From the IMG/VR virus record IMGVR_UViG_3300045988_174371, positions 1-64,000 of that record: a stretch of DNA of 64,000 nucleotides; one strand, 5' to 3'. The DNA is from a virus. Below the pieces are notes generated by a model. It saw only the letters and a program-made list of their open reading frames with translations, did not search any database and was not told where the DNA came from. A program made the translations under genes and the position numbers. Below, one piece after another: positions 45,048 through 54,458 of this stretch (position 1 is the first letter of the stretch; every line of letters begins with the position of its first letter).

Positions 45048-45099
45048 ATACGCATAGTTAGCCCCTAGCATAGCCACCCTAGGGGCTAACTATGCGTAT
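45048..45099 (+). terminator. hairpin terminator
   Basis: 21-bp perfect arms atacgcatagttagcccctag / ctaggggctaactatgcgtat. Confidence 0.65.
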
Positions 45100-45178
45100 G
45101 GGCAGACATGCTCATCCTTCTCAGAGATGGCGTGGGTAGCCACTTACATAGTCCACCACTTGCACACCGCAATAAATA

Positions 45179-45189
45179 TGTGCTATACT
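45179..45189 (+). promoter_or_regulatory. extended -10 promoter
   Basis: TGTGCTATACT. Confidence 0.6.
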
Positions 45190-45227
45190 TGAATCATCAA
45201 GTCAAAATCTACCGAAAGGTTCCTAAA

Positions 45228-45488
45228 ATGCCTCTCTACATCCCCCTCATGCTGGCGGGCGGCTTCACCGCATACGTCGCGCTCATGAACGAACCCAAGT
45301 TCCGTAGCCTCCTGCGCATCTGGCACACCGCTGAAAAGTTTAAGCCGCTCGCCGCAAACGCTAAGCCCAGCGAGGAAAGCGCTAAGTCCGACAATGAGGA
45401 CGTAAAGCCCAAGGTTCCCGAACACCACATGTGCGTTGCAGACGACAAGTGTATCTATAAGCATATAGACCACGCCAAGAGTAAGTAG
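45228..45488 (+). CDS. small protein with N-terminal transmembrane helix
   Basis: 86 aa; starts MPLYIPLMLAGGFTAYVALM; SD GAAAGG. Confidence 0.7.
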   Translation: MPLYIPLMLAGGFTAYVALMNEPKFRSLLRIWHTAEKFKPLAANAKPSEESAKSDNEDVKPKVPEHHMCVADDKCIYKHIDHAKSK

Positions 45489-45490
45489 TG

Positions 45491-45547
45491 ACATACACAT
45501 AAAAAGACCTCAGAGGGCGTACCTCTGAGGTCTTTTTATGTGTATGT
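45491..45547. terminator. 26-bp perfect inverted repeat / bidirectional terminator
   Basis: acatacacataaaaagacctcagagg gcgta cctctgaggtctttttatgtgtatgt. Confidence 0.7.
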
Positions 45548-45686
45548 GAGCAAGTGTACCCAGTGAGCCTTTAAATGTCTCAGGCAGGCGCACGGAAGCT
45601 CCTAAAGGCACCTGTGTGGCACTTAGTCCATCCGCCCTACCCGCACATTCCAGTCAGCGTTTCCGTAAAGGCGGGCGTTCGAAGTG

Positions 45687-46514
45687 CTACGTAACCGGCG
45701 GAAACTCCTGCTCCCATGAGTCACCATAAGTACTCATGGTGTTACCCCACGGGTCGTAGCGCACCTGCGCCTGTGCCTTCATTTCAGAAACCTCACGGCT
45801 ATGCGCCTGGAAGATTTCCAGCAGGTATGCAATGTGCGCGTATCGTGCGGGGGGAAGGGTACTGGTTCCTGTGAAGCCCTCGGTGGTCGGATAGAGACCG
45901 TTTGTGTCACGCTCATCCTGCATAATGTCGCCTGACTCAGCTTCTACGCAGGTAATCCAGTCGGTATCAGAGGTGTCCACCATGATACCGCTATAGTAAG
46001 CACATTCTTCATAGGTGAGGTCGCTTTCTGCGGGGACGATACGCATCTGGTAGCGGAGCGTATTCTGCTGGTCACGCTTCTTCTCGCTATCGTATGCAAG
46101 CTCCATGCCTGCCGCAGAGATAACTTCCGTAGCAGTGCTTGGCGGGACTATAACCTCACCATCAGGGAGGGAGATGTAGAAGTAGCTACTTTCCTCCTCT
46201 ATGATGTCAATTGCCGGGTCAGCGGGGCGGGTAGCAATGTCTTCTGGGGTGCTCAGCTGGCGGTCGATAACCATCCGCTGTAGAGCATGGTCGTTCCAGT
46301 ATGCAAGAAGTTCTAGGGCGTTATATGTTTCGCCGGTGGTGGTGGTCACTTCCGGGTACTTGCGGTAGCGGTTTTTGCTGTAGGTTCCGTGGATTGCGCC
46401 GCCACCAAACTCGGCGGGGATGAGTAGCTTCACAGCATCATGACGCTTAATATGCCACTTTTTACGAGGGGTGGGCGTATCCCCCTGCGCATAGGTTACC
46501 ATGATGCGGCTCAT
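45687..46514 (-). CDS. hypothetical protein
   Basis: 275 aa. Confidence 0.75.
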   Translation of the reverse strand: MSRIMVTYAQGDTPTPRKKWHIKRHDAVKLLIPAEFGGGAIHGTYSKNRYRKYPEVTTTTGETYNALELLAYWNDHALQRMVIDRQLSTPEDIATRPADPAIDIIEEESSYFYISLPDGEVIVPPSTATEVISAAGMELAYDSEKKRDQQNTLRYQMRIVPAESDLTYEECAYYSGIMVDTSDTDWITCVEAESGDIMQDERDTNGLYPTTEGFTGTSTLPPARYAHIAYLLEIFQAHSREVSEMKAQAQVRYDPWGNTMSTYGDSWEQEFPPVT

Positions 46515-46581
46515 TGCCTTCTTACTCCCTCAGATTGATTACTGGAATGTCTGAGCTATACGCCCAGCAACTATGCAACCA

Positions 46582-46592
46582 ATTATACCACA
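46582..46592 (-). promoter_or_regulatory. extended -10 promoter
   Basis: rc reads TGTGGTATAAT. Confidence 0.65.
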
Positions 46593-46613
46593 TATTTAAA
46601 CGCTGGAAAGAAA

Positions 46614-46663
46614 GGGCTTGAGGTATGGCGCGGGAAATGAAACCCGCGCCGCACCTCAAGCCC
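46614..46663 (-). terminator. hairpin terminator
   Basis: 21-nt arms gggcttgaggtatggcgcggg / cccgcgccgcacctcaagccc. Confidence 0.6.
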
Positions 46664-46684
46664 TGAGTGACCTACAAGTCCCTA

Positions 46685-47290
46685 CTATTCGTTATGCAAC
46701 ACGCGGCGCAAAGAACCCGTATCCACAGGCACAGTAAGACCAGATGCCGTAATAGTAGGCGGCTCAGCAGTACGTCGAGCCCTCTGCCAAATACTCACAA
46801 TAACACCAACAAGCACAAAAGCATTACCAATGAGATTCGTGTAACTGCCCACCGCAATGTAGTAGCTAACCCACGCGGCAACATTCAGCAATGTAACAGT
46901 TTTAAGCAACGCGAAACTCTCCATGAGCGCCATAGCAAGCCCAGTAGCACCACCCAAAAGAGCAAGAGTGCCCGGAGACCAAACCCCACGCCCAAGAACC
47001 GCATACTGAGTAACCGCCGCCGCCACAACCGCAACACCCATAGACGTTACCCTATAGACGGTCGTCTGCACGAACTTCAGCCTATCCTCCAGCATGAGCA
47101 TACTGTAATAAGTGAGGTTCACCAGGTTCATCACCAGCACACTCGACTGCCCAAGCAGAAACGACTGTATGCCTGTCATGAGGCACATGCCAAAGCTTAG
47201 GTTCCTCACCCATCGCCGGTCAGCATAGCCAATAAAGAATAGCGAAGCGCTAATACACAGCCCCAATACCTGAACGATAATCATAGACAT
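46685..47290 (-). CDS. multi-pass membrane protein (paralogue of 23513-24076)
   Basis: 201 aa; GSYTNLIGNAFVLVGV motif. Confidence 0.75.
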   Translation of the reverse strand: MSMIIVQVLGLCISASLFFIGYADRRWVRNLSFGMCLMTGIQSFLLGQSSVLVMNLVNLTYYSMLMLEDRLKFVQTTVYRVTSMGVAVVAAAVTQYAVLGRGVWSPGTLALLGGATGLAMALMESFALLKTVTLLNVAAWVSYYIAVGSYTNLIGNAFVLVGVIVSIWQRARRTAEPPTITASGLTVPVDTGSLRRVLHNE

Positions 47291-47453
47291 AGGTTACAAT
47301 ACTGCCTTTCTGAGTGACCCAGCACCTCGCGCCCAGCGAAGCACCCCCCCCCACGCATAACCTGCATGAGAGGGGGTGCTTTAATTCCGCACTACTTCCA
47401 GCAATGCGCTTACATCACTTAGCTTAGCACAGCTTCCATATGCCGTAAAGCGG

Positions 47454-47561
47454 CTAGAATGGGAGCATGGTGGAGATTACGCCAAGAACGACGAAGAACG
47501 CCATAGCGCACAAGCCAACAGTAATATTTCGGTCGGGGTTATCGTTACGGTTGCTACTCAT
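47454..47561 (-). CDS. possible 35-aa hydrophobic peptide (below the ORF-track cutoff)
   Basis: Hand translation gives MSSNRNDNPDRNITVGLCAMAFFVVLGVISTMLPF; SD AGGAG 5 nt before the ATG. Confidence 0.35.
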   Translation of the reverse strand: MSSNRNDNPDRNITVGLCAMAFFVVLGVISTMLPF

Positions 47562-47606
47562 TATTGCTCCTATCGGGGGGTACTTACTAATTGCGCCCTT
47601 GGGGGA

Positions 47607-48185
47607 CTACAGCTTTTCCGCCCATTCCTGGTACTCTGTCAGCATCTTACGGGCGGGGATGATGTCGATATGGTTGATGTGGCTGTAGCCAAATACAGCG
47701 GACTTAGCGTATTCCAGTAGGTTAGGGATGCTCACCTCTAGCGGTGCTTCATGAACCGCGATTTTGGGAAAGTAATCCCATTCGTCGTCATCTTCCTTGT
47801 CAGGGACAGTTGCAGAGTCCACAAGGTAGACGTATTTAGCGGTTTCGGGTTCTATGTCTTCACTCCAGTATTCGTACATGGGCTTACTGACGGGGATTTC
47901 ATTGCGCGCTTCGTCGTACAGACCGCCGTATTCGTTGGCATTGCGGCAGAACTCTGAACTGTGAGCGAGTGCGTTTCGGCTCAGGTGCTCCGCAATATCA
48001 TCAAGAGTGTTTACGGGTTCCCCGTAGACGGTGATTTCAGTGCCGCCCATGAGGGACTGGCGGGGCGCATGAATGATGACGCTGTAGGCTTTACCTCCAG
48101 CGCGTTCAATCTCTTCAATGCTGGACTGGATGCCTTCGATGTCGTTACGGTAGATACCTGAATACTCCACAGGTTCGTGAATCAT
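47607..48185 (-). CDS. hypothetical protein
   Basis: 192 aa. Confidence 0.75.
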   Translation of the reverse strand: MIHEPVEYSGIYRNDIEGIQSSIEEIERAGGKAYSVIIHAPRQSLMGGTEITVYGEPVNTLDDIAEHLSRNALAHSSEFCRNANEYGGLYDEARNEIPVSKPMYEYWSEDIEPETAKYVYLVDSATVPDKEDDDEWDYFPKIAVHEAPLEVSIPNLLEYAKSAVFGYSHINHIDIIPARKMLTEYQEWAEKL

Positions 48186-48341
48186 TGGGGTTATACTTTC
48201 TGTTAGGTGCCTGCTGTGGCTAATGGTCTATTTGCACCCACATGATGTAGGGGTGCTTAAATCTGTAAATATGGCGAGTGTTCCTCGCGCCTGCAAGACG
48301 TAGGGATATAGGGGCACTCATCGCTTAGCCCGTATATGACT

Positions 48342-48833
48342 CTACTGGGGCTTGACCCAGGTGCGGCGACGAGGAACCTTCTCCCACGTAAGAAGCTCTT
48401 CAGCCTCCCCATGATACTCATTGTAGTCATTGACGGCATCAACGATGTAGTCATCCACCTCTCCTAATGCGCGTTCAGTGGCATCAAAGTGCTCCTGGGG
48501 CGTAACTGAATATCGCTTGCTACCGTAAAGTTCAGTACCGTAGTTGGAGCTAGGCATGAAGAACAGGTTGATGGGGCCTCTAGAGAGCTTGATGATAGCG
48601 CCTTCGATTGCTTCCAGATATTCGCGGCTTGCCTTGGTATTCCAGCCCTTGTGCTGGATATGGTAGCGAACATCCTGCCTACGCTCAATTAGTCCCGCTT
48701 CCAGTTCGCCTAGCATGTTGCATACATGCCAGTATTCTAGGTGCATGAGTCGGGACAGTTCCCAAATTTCATCATTATTATCGTGAGGCATCCATTCGTA
48801 GCTACCGGGGGTGTAGTACTTACGCTCATACAT
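48342..48833 (-). CDS. hypothetical protein
   Basis: 163 aa; SD GAAAGGA. Confidence 0.75.
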   Translation of the reverse strand: MYERKYYTPGSYEWMPHDNNDEIWELSRLMHLEYWHVCNMLGELEAGLIERRQDVRYHIQHKGWNTKASREYLEAIEGAIIKLSRGPINLFFMPSSNYGTELYGSKRYSVTPQEHFDATERALGEVDDYIVDAVNDYNEYHGEAEELLTWEKVPRRRTWVKPQ

Positions 48834-48877
48834 TGGGTATGCATCCTTTCGGGCTGAAATTTCGATTAACTACTAAT

Positions 48878-48888
48878 AGTGTACCACA
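48878..48888 (-). promoter_or_regulatory. extended -10 promoter
   Basis: rc reads TGTGGTACACT. Confidence 0.65.
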
Positions 48889-48916
48889 TATTAGTTGGTA
48901 TTTGTACACCTATATG

Positions 48917-48963
48917 TATAGGTTTGCCAGGCATCTCAGTTACGAATGCCCGGCAAACCTATA
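48917..48963 (-). terminator. hairpin terminator
   Basis: 18-nt arms tataggtttgccaggcat / atgcccggcaaacctata. Confidence 0.6.
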
Positions 48964-48965
48964 TG

Positions 48966-49997
48966 CTAGTCAGTCCAGATGCTTGCCATAGTGTCGCGCC
49001 AGATGCGTTCCACGGCGGCAACATCCATGCCCTCCATGACGGCGGGGTCTACAGTGTTGCCGATTTGTGCGTTACGCCACACCCAAACCTGACGCGCGTC
49101 AGCACTGCCAGCATCACGGAAGAACAGCCAGGTAGCACAGTCGCAGTCAGCCGCGTCGTTTGCAGGGTTCACGCAGAAGGTGTTGAACTGAGGTGCTTCA
49201 CCTTCTTCAATCTCTGCACGAAGAACACCTGCCATATCCAGTGACCACCCATCCATGTTGCTTTCGCCGGTAGCCTTCTCCGCAATGTCTACCCATTCAG
49301 TACCCTCGGAGGTAATGAAACCGTTACGAGCGTCCACGAAGCAGGTAGCTTCACTCTCGGTGGCATCCAGGGCTACCTCGCCAACGATGCCAATAGTTTC
49401 CAGGGAGAAGGAGCCGCTAGTGCGAATAGTGCCTGAGATGAGCGTGGCAAACATGCTGGTTACGCCACTAAAGTCAGAGCCGGTACCGTCAATAAAGCTG
49501 TCGCGGAACTCACCGCTAGTCAGCGGGGTATCCGTCTTGACAACCATGCTATCAAACGAACCAGAGAATAGAATGGGTGCTTCACTAGTTGTCTGGAGGA
49601 AGTTGAAGCCAGTCAGCAGAGTACCTACACGCTTGCGAGGACGGCGCACCTGCATATCCAGCTGGGCGTTACCCAGAATGAAGGTGGTGGAGCTGGTGGC
49701 GAAGACCTTGTTTGCGCCAGCAGGGAGGCGGACAGCTTCGAGCTTACTTGCGTTGATGCCAGGAATGGTGTCCAGCGAGTCGGTAATGATAGTGATTTCC
49801 TCGTCGCCATTGGAAGTGAGGAAGGAGAGCTTAATGTCCGCTTGAGCCAGTGCGTCCATTTCGTCACAGAAGAACTCTACAGAGGAGATGTCGCCCTCAT
49901 TCCAGCGGGTGTCCAGCGCGCGGCGCTGTTCCTTGAATCGTTCCGCATCTTCGGTAGTGAAGGGGCGGGTTTCGATGGTGAATGTATTGCGTGACAT
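48966..49997 (-). CDS. hypothetical protein
   Basis: 343 aa; SD AAGGGAG. Confidence 0.75.
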   Translation of the reverse strand: MSRNTFTIETRPFTTEDAERFKEQRRALDTRWNEGDISSVEFFCDEMDALAQADIKLSFLTSNGDEEITIITDSLDTIPGINASKLEAVRLPAGANKVFATSSTTFILGNAQLDMQVRRPRKRVGTLLTGFNFLQTTSEAPILFSGSFDSMVVKTDTPLTSGEFRDSFIDGTGSDFSGVTSMFATLISGTIRTSGSFSLETIGIVGEVALDATESEATCFVDARNGFITSEGTEWVDIAEKATGESNMDGWSLDMAGVLRAEIEEGEAPQFNTFCVNPANDAADCDCATWLFFRDAGSADARQVWVWRNAQIGNTVDPAVMEGMDVAAVERIWRDTMASIWTD

Positions 49998-50046
49998 GAT
50001 TACTCCCTTTAGGGTGATGACTTAATGATTGACTGTAACTACTATT

Positions 50047-50057
50047 AGTGTATCACA
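50047..50057 (-). promoter_or_regulatory. extended -10 promoter
   Basis: rc reads TGTGATACACT. Confidence 0.65.
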
Positions 50058-50097
50058 TATTTTAGGGTATGTGCAATATATTGGATGTGATTACGAC

Positions 50098-50131
50098 AAC
50101 ACCCCCTAGTGGACATACACTAAGGGGTGTT
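50098..50131 (-). terminator. hairpin terminator
   Basis: 14-nt arms with one mismatch. Confidence 0.5.
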
Positions 50132-50144
50132 ATCGCAGTACATG

Positions 50145-50480
50145 TTAGGCGATTCGGAAGATGCCGCGCTCCTCTAGAGCCGCCTCAATAATGGGGCGAA
50201 CCTCATGCTCCGGCATCACCGACTTGCAATGCACATGGTCAATATGAAGGGTATGCGCCTCATCAAGCCACAGCTTCATGCCAATAAGCCGATTTGCGGC
50301 AGTATTAGAGATAGCTTCACCGTTAAGCGTCGCCCAGCGAACGAAGCCAGATTTAAAGGTCTTATAGTGAAGACCGATTAGCTTTTCCCATCCGTTGAGG
50401 TATAGGCGCGGGCACTCGATAGCTGTAGGCTTCCACCGTGACACAATAATGGACTCCTCGGCTGTTGATTCGCGGTACAT
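50145..50480 (-). CDS. hypothetical protein
   Basis: 111 aa; SD GGGGGAGG. Confidence 0.7.
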   Translation of the reverse strand: MYRESTAEESIIVSRWKPTAIECPRLYLNGWEKLIGLHYKTFKSGFVRWATLNGEAISNTAANRLIGMKLWLDEAHTLHIDHVHCKSVMPEHEVRPIIEAALEERGIFRIA

Positions 50481-50531
50481 AAAGACCTCCCCCTTTTTTA
50501 GGTGTGGCTATAGGAATTACTTCTATAGGTA

Positions 50532-50542
50532 ACCATACCACA
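50532..50542 (-). promoter_or_regulatory. extended -10 promoter
   Basis: rc reads TGTGGTATGGT. Confidence 0.5.
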
Positions 50543-50546
50543 TATT

Positions 50547-50870
50547 TTAAGGGTCGCGAAAGTCCTCCTCGTACTGTCGCTTGCCCCAAGTGTTCCAGTA
50601 CGCCACCGCCAGGGGTGTAGGCGGCGCGGGTGTAGATAGCTCTTCCCAGTCAATATAAACAATGCTCACACTCGCATCGCCACTATCATCAGGCATAACA
50701 CACAACTTACTGGCACAGCCGCAACAGCATGTTTCAGCATCCTGCAAATCCCCCGCAGGTACCCAAACGCATATGGGCGTAAACGTTGCTGGAGCTTTTC
50801 GGGAAGCAGTCGAGCTGTTGCCGGTATGCCTTCTACCTATCAGCCTTTTCATGAAGTTGAGAACCTTCAC
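50547..50870 (-). CDS. hypothetical Cys-containing protein
   Basis: 107 aa; GTG start; SD AAGGAAG. Confidence 0.6.
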   Translation of the reverse strand: MKVLNFMKRLIGRRHTGNSSTASRKAPATFTPICVWVPAGDLQDAETCCCGCASKLCVMPDDSGDASVSIVYIDWEELSTPAPPTPLAVAYWNTWGKRQYEEDFRDP

Positions 50871-50966
50871 CTTTTCATCACTTCCTTGCTATGCCGTGTC
50901 ATTATGGGGTGGTCGCTAGTCACTAAGAGTTCACGCCCTCCCCATAATGATGTATGCATGTTAGAG

Positions 50967-52055
50967 CTACTGTCCTGAACTGCCTGCATTGTAGTCCCAG
51001 GGGCGGTCATTCAGCTCTGGGTAGGGGAAGTTAGGGTTGTTCTTGAAAGCGCCTCGGGCAATGAGATGGCGGAGCTGGTACCAGTAGATGTCTCGTGCCA
51101 CCTCATAGCTATACTCGTCAGTTGCCTTCACCGCGTCATGGTATGCCTGCAAGCTTTCGCGAATGTCTCCAATTGCCGCCTCTAGCTTATCCAAAGAAAG
51201 GACTGCGTGGTCGATACGGTTTGCGAGGTCATTCATTTCCCAGGTGAGCTTAGAGCCGCCAACTACCTGCCGCTCTTCCTTAGTCGTATCCTCCCAGCCA
51301 CGCTCATGACGCTTGAAGCACCGCAAGGAAGCAGAGTTGAAACCCCTCAAGGCAGAGTCCATAACGTTCGCGTAAGCCGCATAGAAGTCCGTATCAGCGT
51401 CCACGATAGCCGCGCCATACTCATTGCACCAGCTGGCGTAATGCAAGCCGCTGAGTGCATAGTTAGTGCTAGGGTGATTGACCTTCTCATAAATCTTGGC
51501 GGCAAGGCTGTCCACTAGTGCGAACGCGATACCAGCAGGCGGCTCACCGGAGCTATCTTCAGGTACACCGCTAAACCCCGCCTCATACACCTTGTACGGT
51601 ACTGGCGGGAACGACTCACCCACGGTTGAGATAGGTGACCCTGGAATCACCTTGTGCTGACGTGCATCCTCGCCAGAGGTCACGGGGGCACCCAAGTAGA
51701 AGGCGCACACCGGCGGCTCAGTGAGAACGGATACTTGACCATCAATTTCCTCGCGGTACGTCACCAGGACTGAGGTCAGCTTCGAGCCTGCTTCAAGCTG
51801 ACTGCCCTCGCTAGGATGGATGAAACCAGCAACCTGGAGCACTCGCTCGCTGGTGAGAAGGTGACCCTCAAAACTACCCGTCTCCGGGTCGTACTTTTCA
51901 ATCTCACCCATTGCTGGCTTGACGAACGCTAGGCTTTCCTCCAGTTCTTCGTTGTCTCCTGTAGAGAGAGTTGCCATCACATGCCTAGCAAGAATGGGGC
52001 TGTCTTTGACGACGGCGAAAATGCCGTGCCCTACGATGGTTTCGGATGTGTTCAT
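50967..52055 (-). CDS. hypothetical protein
   Basis: 362 aa; SD GAAAGG. Confidence 0.75.
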   Translation of the reverse strand: MNTSETIVGHGIFAVVKDSPILARHVMATLSTGDNEELEESLAFVKPAMGEIEKYDPETGSFEGHLLTSERVLQVAGFIHPSEGSQLEAGSKLTSVLVTYREEIDGQVSVLTEPPVCAFYLGAPVTSGEDARQHKVIPGSPISTVGESFPPVPYKVYEAGFSGVPEDSSGEPPAGIAFALVDSLAAKIYEKVNHPSTNYALSGLHYASWCNEYGAAIVDADTDFYAAYANVMDSALRGFNSASLRCFKRHERGWEDTTKEERQVVGGSKLTWEMNDLANRIDHAVLSLDKLEAAIGDIRESLQAYHDAVKATDEYSYEVARDIYWYQLRHLIARGAFKNNPNFPYPELNDRPWDYNAGSSGQ

Positions 52056-52102
52056 TTGGTTTCACCTTTCTTGTGGGGTGTAATATATGCTGGTATGTGC
52101 CC

Positions 52103-52111
52103 ATTCTAGCA
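52103..52111 (-). promoter_or_regulatory. extended -10 promoter (TGCTAGAAT)
   Basis: rc reads TGCTAGAAT. Confidence 0.55.
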
Positions 52112-52130
52112 GGGTGGGTACCCTGCCAGC

Positions 52131-53213
52131 TCAGCTGGTGTAGGTTGCGGGGGTATTACATGTCACTTTGGCGGCTCCGTCCTCTGCAACTTCGATAGAT
52201 TCGATGCCGACGATATGCCCTGCCGGGTAGCCTCTTAGTGGTTCTTTCAGATGGAAGAAAGGGACGGTTGTGGTGGGTATACCAGATGAGGTGTTGGTGA
52301 TGATAGCTAGGGAGGGCGTGAGGAATAGCGCTTCGAAGTTGTTTCTTGTGGTTGATATGTCCATGCGGTGTATGTTGTTGAGTCGTAGTTCGCCAACGTT
52401 CAGGAACTCGTAAGAGCCCATACTGCGACTGAGGCGATGTGCCCTGTAATCTTCATGTATGTAGAGAACTGCTTCCGCGTCACGCTTTTCAAAAACTCCT
52501 GACACAGTACCTGTGTTGGCTTCCTTGAGTGTTTCAGTGAACCAGTAGATAGCATCTGCTCTGGCGTTATCTTCGTCCATGTCAGTCCAGTATCTCATGG
52601 AATCTGAAGCGTCACGCTTAACCGGCTTGCCTTTGTCGTTCCACCCGTAGAGGTGGTTGTGTGAACGAGGGTGTATTAGCTTCATGTAGTCATCAGTGGA
52701 ATGCTCTTTGTCGAGCAGTATTACCTCAGGTGAGCCGCCCCTAAGTGCTGGGAGCCTAACGCCCGTGGGGTCAGTGACATACAATCCAGGCTGTCCCCAG
52801 TACTGATGATTCTTCCTTAGCTTTGGGTGAGTCTCAGCTATCTTCGGGGTAAGAAAGCTGACTTTCTTGTCGGCTACAAGTAGCTGTATCTGCCAGTTAT
52901 GGTAAGAATGTTCGATGTCTCGCAGGCAACCGTCAATGACATGGTTCCAGCCCTTCGCTTTCCCCCAGGCGCTTTCGCTTGTGGTGTCGCCGCAGAAAAT
53001 CGACACATACTCCTGCATGTCACGCATACCTTCTAGGGCGCAGGTGAGGGGATGGATGGTGAAGATGTCTTTGAGTGGTTTGCCGATAGCGATAGGCGGG
53101 AAGTCATACTTGGGCTCAAACACCATGTCGCGCCATGCGCCACGCATAAAAGGAGTTCCCCCTGCCTGTGCAGAGGACACTCCTTGGTTATGGCGACTAC
53201 CTGGACGAAGCAT
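52131..53213 (-). CDS. hypothetical protein, SHNxLYGW family
   Basis: 360 aa; SHNHLYGWNDKGKPV; SD GGAGA 6 nt before the ATG; lies directly downstream of tRNA-Leu. Confidence 0.7.
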   Translation of the reverse strand: MLRPGSRHNQGVSSAQAGGTPFMRGAWRDMVFEPKYDFPPIAIGKPLKDIFTIHPLTCALEGMRDMQEYVSIFCGDTTSESAWGKAKGWNHVIDGCLRDIEHSYHNWQIQLLVADKKVSFLTPKIAETHPKLRKNHQYWGQPGLYVTDPTGVRLPALRGGSPEVILLDKEHSTDDYMKLIHPRSHNHLYGWNDKGKPVKRDASDSMRYWTDMDEDNARADAIYWFTETLKEANTGTVSGVFEKRDAEAVLYIHEDYRAHRLSRSMGSYEFLNVGELRLNNIHRMDISTTRNNFEALFLTPSLAIITNTSSGIPTTTVPFFHLKEPLRGYPAGHIVGIESIEVAEDGAAKVTCNTPATYTS

Positions 53214-53257
53214 TAGATGTCTCCAATCTGCAAAATAGTTAAGCGGTTGTGCTTACG

Positions 53258-53342
53258 TGTGCCTGGCGGGATTCGAACCCGCACGTCCTATTGCGGACAC
53301 CAGCCCCTCAAGCTGGCGTGTCTACCATTCCACCACAGGCGC
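53258..53342 (-). tRNA. tRNA-Leu (anticodon GAG), long variable arm, no encoded CCA
   Basis: Hand fold: anticodon stem CCAGC/GCTGG, loop TTGAGGG, T arm GCGGG-TTCGAAT-CCCGC. The acceptor stem has a C2.A71 mismatch. Confidence 0.8.
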
Positions 53343-53503
53343 TAAAGTCAAAGCCAGGCAGGGCTTCCACCCCCTCCGCCTCATTGTATCCCCGTCCAGG
53401 GTGAGGCGGTGAGAACGGATGCCTTCCGGGTGCTATCCAACACCCCTTGCCTGGCTCCTGGGGTCTCAATCCGAAACCCTTTAGGCGGTTTCTCAACCGT
53501 TGA
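53343..53503 (-). ncRNA. structured ~160-nt leader upstream of tRNA-Leu(GAG)
   Basis: Lies between the promoter at 53511-53521 and the tRNA 5' end. A 12-bp closing stem agccaggca(a)ggg / ccctgcctggct encloses three hairpins. Confidence 0.4.
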
Positions 53504-53510
53504 TAACTCC

Positions 53511-53521
53511 ACTGTACCACA
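53511..53521 (-). promoter_or_regulatory. extended -10 promoter
   Basis: rc reads TGTGGTACAGT. Confidence 0.6.
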
Positions 53522-53630
53522 ATGATTTTGAGGTATGCAAGTCGAATTGATGTGAGGTGAGACATGTGGCATTGCGGATTACCTCGCCGTTACCTGGGTC
53601 GCTTCACGGAGATTCCCGTCAGCACTTTTG

Positions 53631-53641
53631 TGTGGTACACT
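53631..53641 (+). promoter_or_regulatory. extended -10 promoter
   Basis: TGTGGTACACT, 55 nt upstream of the ATG at 53696. Confidence 0.65.
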
Positions 53642-53695
53642 GTAAGTATGTCCCCGCATGGGGGTACATCTACTACTACGACAGGAGCTACTAAG

Positions 53696-54316
53696 ATGGC
53701 ATATTTCCCCCGCTGGGATTATGGCGACGACTACACTGAATGGAATTACCCCACTGGCGTTGAGCTTGCCGAATACCTCAAGGAGGAGCTGGTCGGTAAG
53801 AAAATTACCTACATGGACGACACTCTGATTGAGCTCGATAACGGTCGAGTCCTGGAAATTGCCCCTAATGAGGGGTGTGATTGTTGCCCTAACGGTAACG
53901 CTAGTATTGTGGGTGATTCTGTGCGCGCCGCATCTGAATCCGCCATTCTAGACGTGAAGTACTCTGAGTGGGAAACTCATGGTGAATCTTCAAGCTTCGG
54001 CATCTTCATCCTTACCGCCAATAAGCATGAGAGCAACCTGTATGATACGGTCTCAATTAGCGGCTATGACGCTTTCGATGTACCGTCTTACTATGGGACT
54101 GGCTTCTGGGTCAGGGCGGCTTTCAAGGAGGGGATGAAGCCCACTGAAGCTGATGTAGCTGAGTCCTCCAATGTGGGCGGCAACAATGCGGCAGGTAAGC
54201 GTGAGCTTCCTGGTGCAATGGGCTACATGTCGAACCCGCCAATTATTCGCCCTAAGAAGCGTAAGGGCAAGCCATCCGGTACGTTGAAGCTTCGAGGTGA
54301 CATCTTCAAGCAGTAA
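53696..54316 (+). CDS. hypothetical protein, GCxCC-motif family (paralogue of 2551-3003)
   Basis: Start at the ATG at 53696 (MAYFPRW) after SD AGGAG; motif LDNGRVLEIAPNEGCDCCPNG. Confidence 0.75.
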   Translation: MAYFPRWDYGDDYTEWNYPTGVELAEYLKEELVGKKITYMDDTLIELDNGRVLEIAPNEGCDCCPNGNASIVGDSVRAASESAILDVKYSEWETHGESSSFGIFILTANKHESNLYDTVSISGYDAFDVPSYYGTGFWVRAAFKEGMKPTEADVAESSNVGGNNAAGKRELPGAMGYMSNPPIIRPKKRKGKPSGTLKLRGDIFKQ

Positions 54317-54376
54317 TGCGCACATCAAGGTCATCCGAAGCGCGCCGAAACCAATATTCATCTAAGCAATACAGGA

Positions 54377-54427
54377 ATACACCCCATATGCACACCGTCA
54401 GCAATGAAGTGTGCATATGGGGTGTAT
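54377..54427. terminator. bidirectional hairpin terminator
   Basis: 19-bp perfect arms atacaccccatatgcacac / gtgtgcatatggggtgtat. Confidence 0.65.
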
Positions 54428-54458
54428 GTTAGCCCTAGGTATCTACTCGCAGATAGGG

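Noticed and set aside
45553-45563. Promoter-like AGTGTACCCAG box just right of the 26-bp palindrome
   Set aside because: The TG is mis-spaced relative to TACACT, and the only thing downstream on that strand is the terminator itself.
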